Below, in pieces: positions 61,079 to 64,000 of a stretch of 64,000 nt of DNA. Source of the stretch: an uncultured Actinomycetes bacterium (GTDB lineage: Bacteria > Actinomycetota > Actinomycetes > Nanopelagicales > Nanopelagicaceae). The notes beneath the pieces were generated by a model. The model made no database searches, was not told where the DNA came from, and saw only the letters and a program-made list of their open reading frames with translations. The stretch spans positions 9,551 to 73,550 of the forward strand of contig CALBFE010000106.1 of NCBI GenBank assembly GCA_937888825.1, read 5' to 3'. Each line of letters starts with the position of its first letter. Position 1 is the first letter of the stretch. Made by a program: the position numbers and the translations under genes.

Positions 61079-61546
61079 ACTCTCATGGTCCACATATTGA
61101 TGTAACCGAGCTTGAACTATCTCTCATATTAGGGAAGTGCTCTGACATCTTCCACATTTTGAACTGATATTGGACAGTTAGGGCTCTTACTTTCCATCCT
61201 CAAATGCTTCGGTCAATGTCATACGTTGGGGTATTGAGTTGACTGGGAATGAGGACTCCTCCCACATCTCAGCTCCGACCAAAGAAGCCGTAGAGTCAAA
61301 ATTGTAGTGAGCAAGATTGTCATTCCTTTGACCCATTACACCGATATATCCGTTTTCAAATAGGGGAGAGTTGATCCCTATCTGGGGTGAGAAAAGCCAT
61401 GAAGGCAAGGAGTAGCCAATCTGTCTAAAAAAACTACAATAAGGAAGTGACAACCAGACTCAAAGTAGTCATCTTGCATCTAGCATCCCAGGCTGTAATC
61501 AACTGTTGCTAACTGATAGAGATACACGTGCGCGTGCATTGGCTCA

Positions 61547-63409
61547 GTGATGAACGCTCAAACGCCACGCCCAGTAGATCTTCCCCACACCGACAACTGG
61601 AATGAAGCCGACATTATTGCTGGTCCATCCACGCTAGCCGATCGCCAGCAATGGCGCAGCAGATTAGTCGATTGGCGTAAAGATGCAGCCACAGGACTTA
61701 ATTACGACGACAACGCTTATCAATCCGCCGAACTTTTTAATAATCCATCATACAGTGTTGCTTTAATCTGGTTATGGGATGAACTTCTCTTTGATTTTTC
61801 AACTCAAGAATTTACGCCCGATAAGTTATTAGCAGATGCACAAAAGTTCGGTAGCTTTGATGGGATCATTTTGTGGCATGCATATCCAGTCATTGGGATT
61901 GATTCACGTAATCAATTTGATTTCTATAATGATGTTCCAGGTCTTGCTCAACTGATTACCAACTTTCAAAAAGCTGGCGTCAAAGTTTATTTGAACTACA
62001 ACCCGTGGGATAAATGGACTAGGCGTGAATCCACTACAGATCAGTTTGGTTTAGCACAACTAATTAAGCGATTTAATTTTGATGGCGTTTTTCTTGATAC
62101 GTTGAAATCAGCTGATCCTGATTTTATGGCACCAATTATTGATGTCAAACCTGACATCGTTTTAGGCGGCGAAGCGACAGTTCAGCAAGAGCGAGTCTGC
62201 GATCACACAATGTCGTGGGGTCAGTGGTTTGTTGATAGCGAAATTCCAGGGGTTTTGCGCGCTAAATATTTTGAACCACGACACATGATTCATCAGACAC
62301 GTCGCTGGGATCGATCCCACATTGGCGAATTACATATTGCCTGGCTCAACGGTGCGGGAATGTTGATTTGGGAAGCAGTCTTTGGCTCCTGGGTAGGTTG
62401 GAATAACTATGAAGTCTGCATGTGGCGCGAGATGGTCAGCGTTCTACGCGATCATCATCCGCTCATAGTTCATGGTCATTGGGAGCCGCTGACGCAGCTA
62501 TCTGCAGCTGCCGAGGCCGCGCATCTCTATGCCTCTTCCTTTAAACTAGATGGCTGGCAGTTAATTACCATCATTAATAAAAGTAGGAATGATTACTTAG
62601 GAGTCCTTGCTTGCGGCCTGAGTGGATTAATTCCAGCAGGGGGAGTTGGTGCAATATCGATTACTCCATCGGGTGCATCGTTGCTGCCGTTTACATATAT
62701 GAAAAGTGATCAAGGTTTCCCTACCCGTACACCTGCGCGCCAATTAGATCTAGTTGGGTCCCTTACCACTTTGACGTATTCACATCGACACCGCGAATGT
62801 GGGTTTTATGAACAACCTGGCTTCATTAATACATGGAAACCAACACGTCCTGCCTTACATGAGTTCATCACTGGGGACATAGAAGTTCCGGTCGTGAATG
62901 GAGTACTCGATACATACGAAGTTAGCAATAGAGAGTTTTATGAGTTTATGCAAGCCACTCACTATGTGCCAGAAGTATCTAATCGCTTTCTTTCTCATTG
63001 GGTTAACGGCGCACCACTTACTGATCAACTTGATAACCCCATTGTCTATGTCGATCTTGATGATGCAGTTGCCTATTCAAGATGGAAGGGCTCTGAAGTT
63101 CCCAATGAATGGAACTGGCAGTTCAATGCAGATTCGATTGTACATCGAGCAACTAGCGTGTGGAATTTAACCAATAGCATTCATAGTGATGGCCGTACGC
63201 GTTTCTTAATTCTCAAGGGCGGCAGTACGTTTAATATTCACAACGGCCAAGGTGCACAGTCACCCACTGGACTTGCCGAATCTGATTGGTATATTGATGG
63301 TGGAATACAAGATAGTTCGTGGAATGAAAAACTATTATTGATGGGTGCGGGCATGTCGCGCTCAGAAAATATCGGTTTTCGATGCTTTAGGCCACACAGG
63401 GGTAACTAA
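61547..63409 (+). CDS. Fusion of a TIM-barrel/GH-like N-terminal domain and an FGE-sulfatase (SUMF1)-fold C-terminal domain
   Basis: C-terminal YEVSNREF..F..AT.Y, PIVYV..DDAVAY.RW.G, KGGS, IGFRC; N-terminal WHAYP, YNPWD, DGVFLDT. Confidence 0.7.
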   Translation: MMNAQTPRPVDLPHTDNWNEADIIAGPSTLADRQQWRSRLVDWRKDAATGLNYDDNAYQSAELFNNPSYSVALIWLWDELLFDFSTQEFTPDKLLADAQKFGSFDGIILWHAYPVIGIDSRNQFDFYNDVPGLAQLITNFQKAGVKVYLNYNPWDKWTRRESTTDQFGLAQLIKRFNFDGVFLDTLKSADPDFMAPIIDVKPDIVLGGEATVQQERVCDHTMSWGQWFVDSEIPGVLRAKYFEPRHMIHQTRRWDRSHIGELHIAWLNGAGMLIWEAVFGSWVGWNNYEVCMWREMVSVLRDHHPLIVHGHWEPLTQLSAAAEAAHLYASSFKLDGWQLITIINKSRNDYLGVLACGLSGLIPAGGVGAISITPSGASLLPFTYMKSDQGFPTRTPARQLDLVGSLTTLTYSHRHRECGFYEQPGFINTWKPTRPALHEFITGDIEVPVVNGVLDTYEVSNREFYEFMQATHYVPEVSNRFLSHWVNGAPLTDQLDNPIVYVDLDDAVAYSRWKGSEVPNEWNWQFNADSIVHRATSVWNLTNSIHSDGRTRFLILKGGSTFNIHNGQGAQSPTGLAESDWYIDGGIQDSSWNEKLLLMGAGMSRSENIGFRCFRPHRGN

Positions 63410-63508
63410 TGGCTGAGGCTTTTACTCGTTCGATCAGAATTAATCAGCCCTTGTATTCATCCAAAGGATAATAATTCTTAACGAAATTTATTTCGTTGGG
63501 AGCATGTC

Positions 63509-64000
63509 CTAGATATCTGATTGCGAACCTGGCTCTCCTTTTACGCCCTTCCATACGGTCAGCTGGGGGAATGGGAACTCAATCTCTGCCTCATCGAAAC
63601 GTTCCTTAACCAGGAATCGTAACTTTCGCGCCAAGTCCCATTGCTTTCCCGCTGTCACCCTAACTACAACCCGAAAATCAATCGAACTTTCAGCCAAACG
63701 TTCGACGCCCAGCAATTCAGGAAAATCGATTAAAAATTCTTTAACACCGGCCATTGTTGAGTACTCCTGCAAAATAGCAAGGATTGTTTTTTCAACCATC
63801 TTTAAATCACTCTTATAGGCCACACTAATATCTAGAATCATGCGCGACCACTCTTGGCTCTTATTGGCCACTCGTTCAATAGAGCCATTTGGAACATGCC
63901 AGAGCGTTCCATCAAGTGCGCGAACTCTGGTGCTCTTTAGAGTCACAGACTCGACCACGCCCACAGCCTCACCTAAATCCACGATATCGCCTACGCCATA
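63509..64000 (-). CDS. MscS-family mechanosensitive channel (5' part outside window)
   Basis: YGVGDIVDLGEAVGVVE.VTL.ST.VR..DG...HVPNG, EIEFPFPQ; frame is open to the window edge. Confidence 0.88.
   Translation of the reverse strand, partial: YGVGDIVDLGEAVGVVESVTLKSTRVRALDGTLWHVPNGSIERVANKSQEWSRMILDISVAYKSDLKMVEKTILAILQEYSTMAGVKEFLIDFPELLGVERLAESSIDFRVVVRVTAGKQWDLARKLRFLVKERFDEAEIEFPFPQLTVWKGVKGEPGSQSDI

Overview
64 kb of densely packed chromosome from a streamlined freshwater actinobacterium. Gene content, order and tiny intergenic gaps suggest acI/'Ca. Nanopelagicales' (Planktophila-like); this is inference. About 1-54 kb is a trimmed actinobacterial core: DUF3117-pepA-O-methyltransferase-htrA-tatB-mrp; DEAD helicase/TetR/MoeB/mshB/cysS; fdxA-dapC; whiB-GT2-DUF5719-DUF3499-manB-ahcY-mtrAB-comF-secA; pdtaS-whiB1-tRNA-Arg(CCG)-msrAB; a TCS; argG; and an aquaporin-arsC pair. 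From about 54.2 kb the region looks accessory. It holds a truncated ABC-permease remnant, then a PAPS-making cassette (proteobacterial-type cysD, fused cysNC, TSUP permease) with no reductase. Next come two head-to-head paralogous sulfotransferases, a DapB-like enzyme with an altered substrate loop, a degenerate tRNA(CAT) 3' half, and a 620-aa TIM-barrel/FGE-fold fusion lacking the FGE cysteines. This sulfation cassette is the best candidate for an undescribed system. Window-wide patterns: 19 genes have a TAnnnT -10 box 6-7 nt before the start codon (leaderless), and 7 convergent gene pairs interlock their stop codons. No CRISPR, rRNA, transposase or integrase was seen. Family names come from motif recognition, not database searches.
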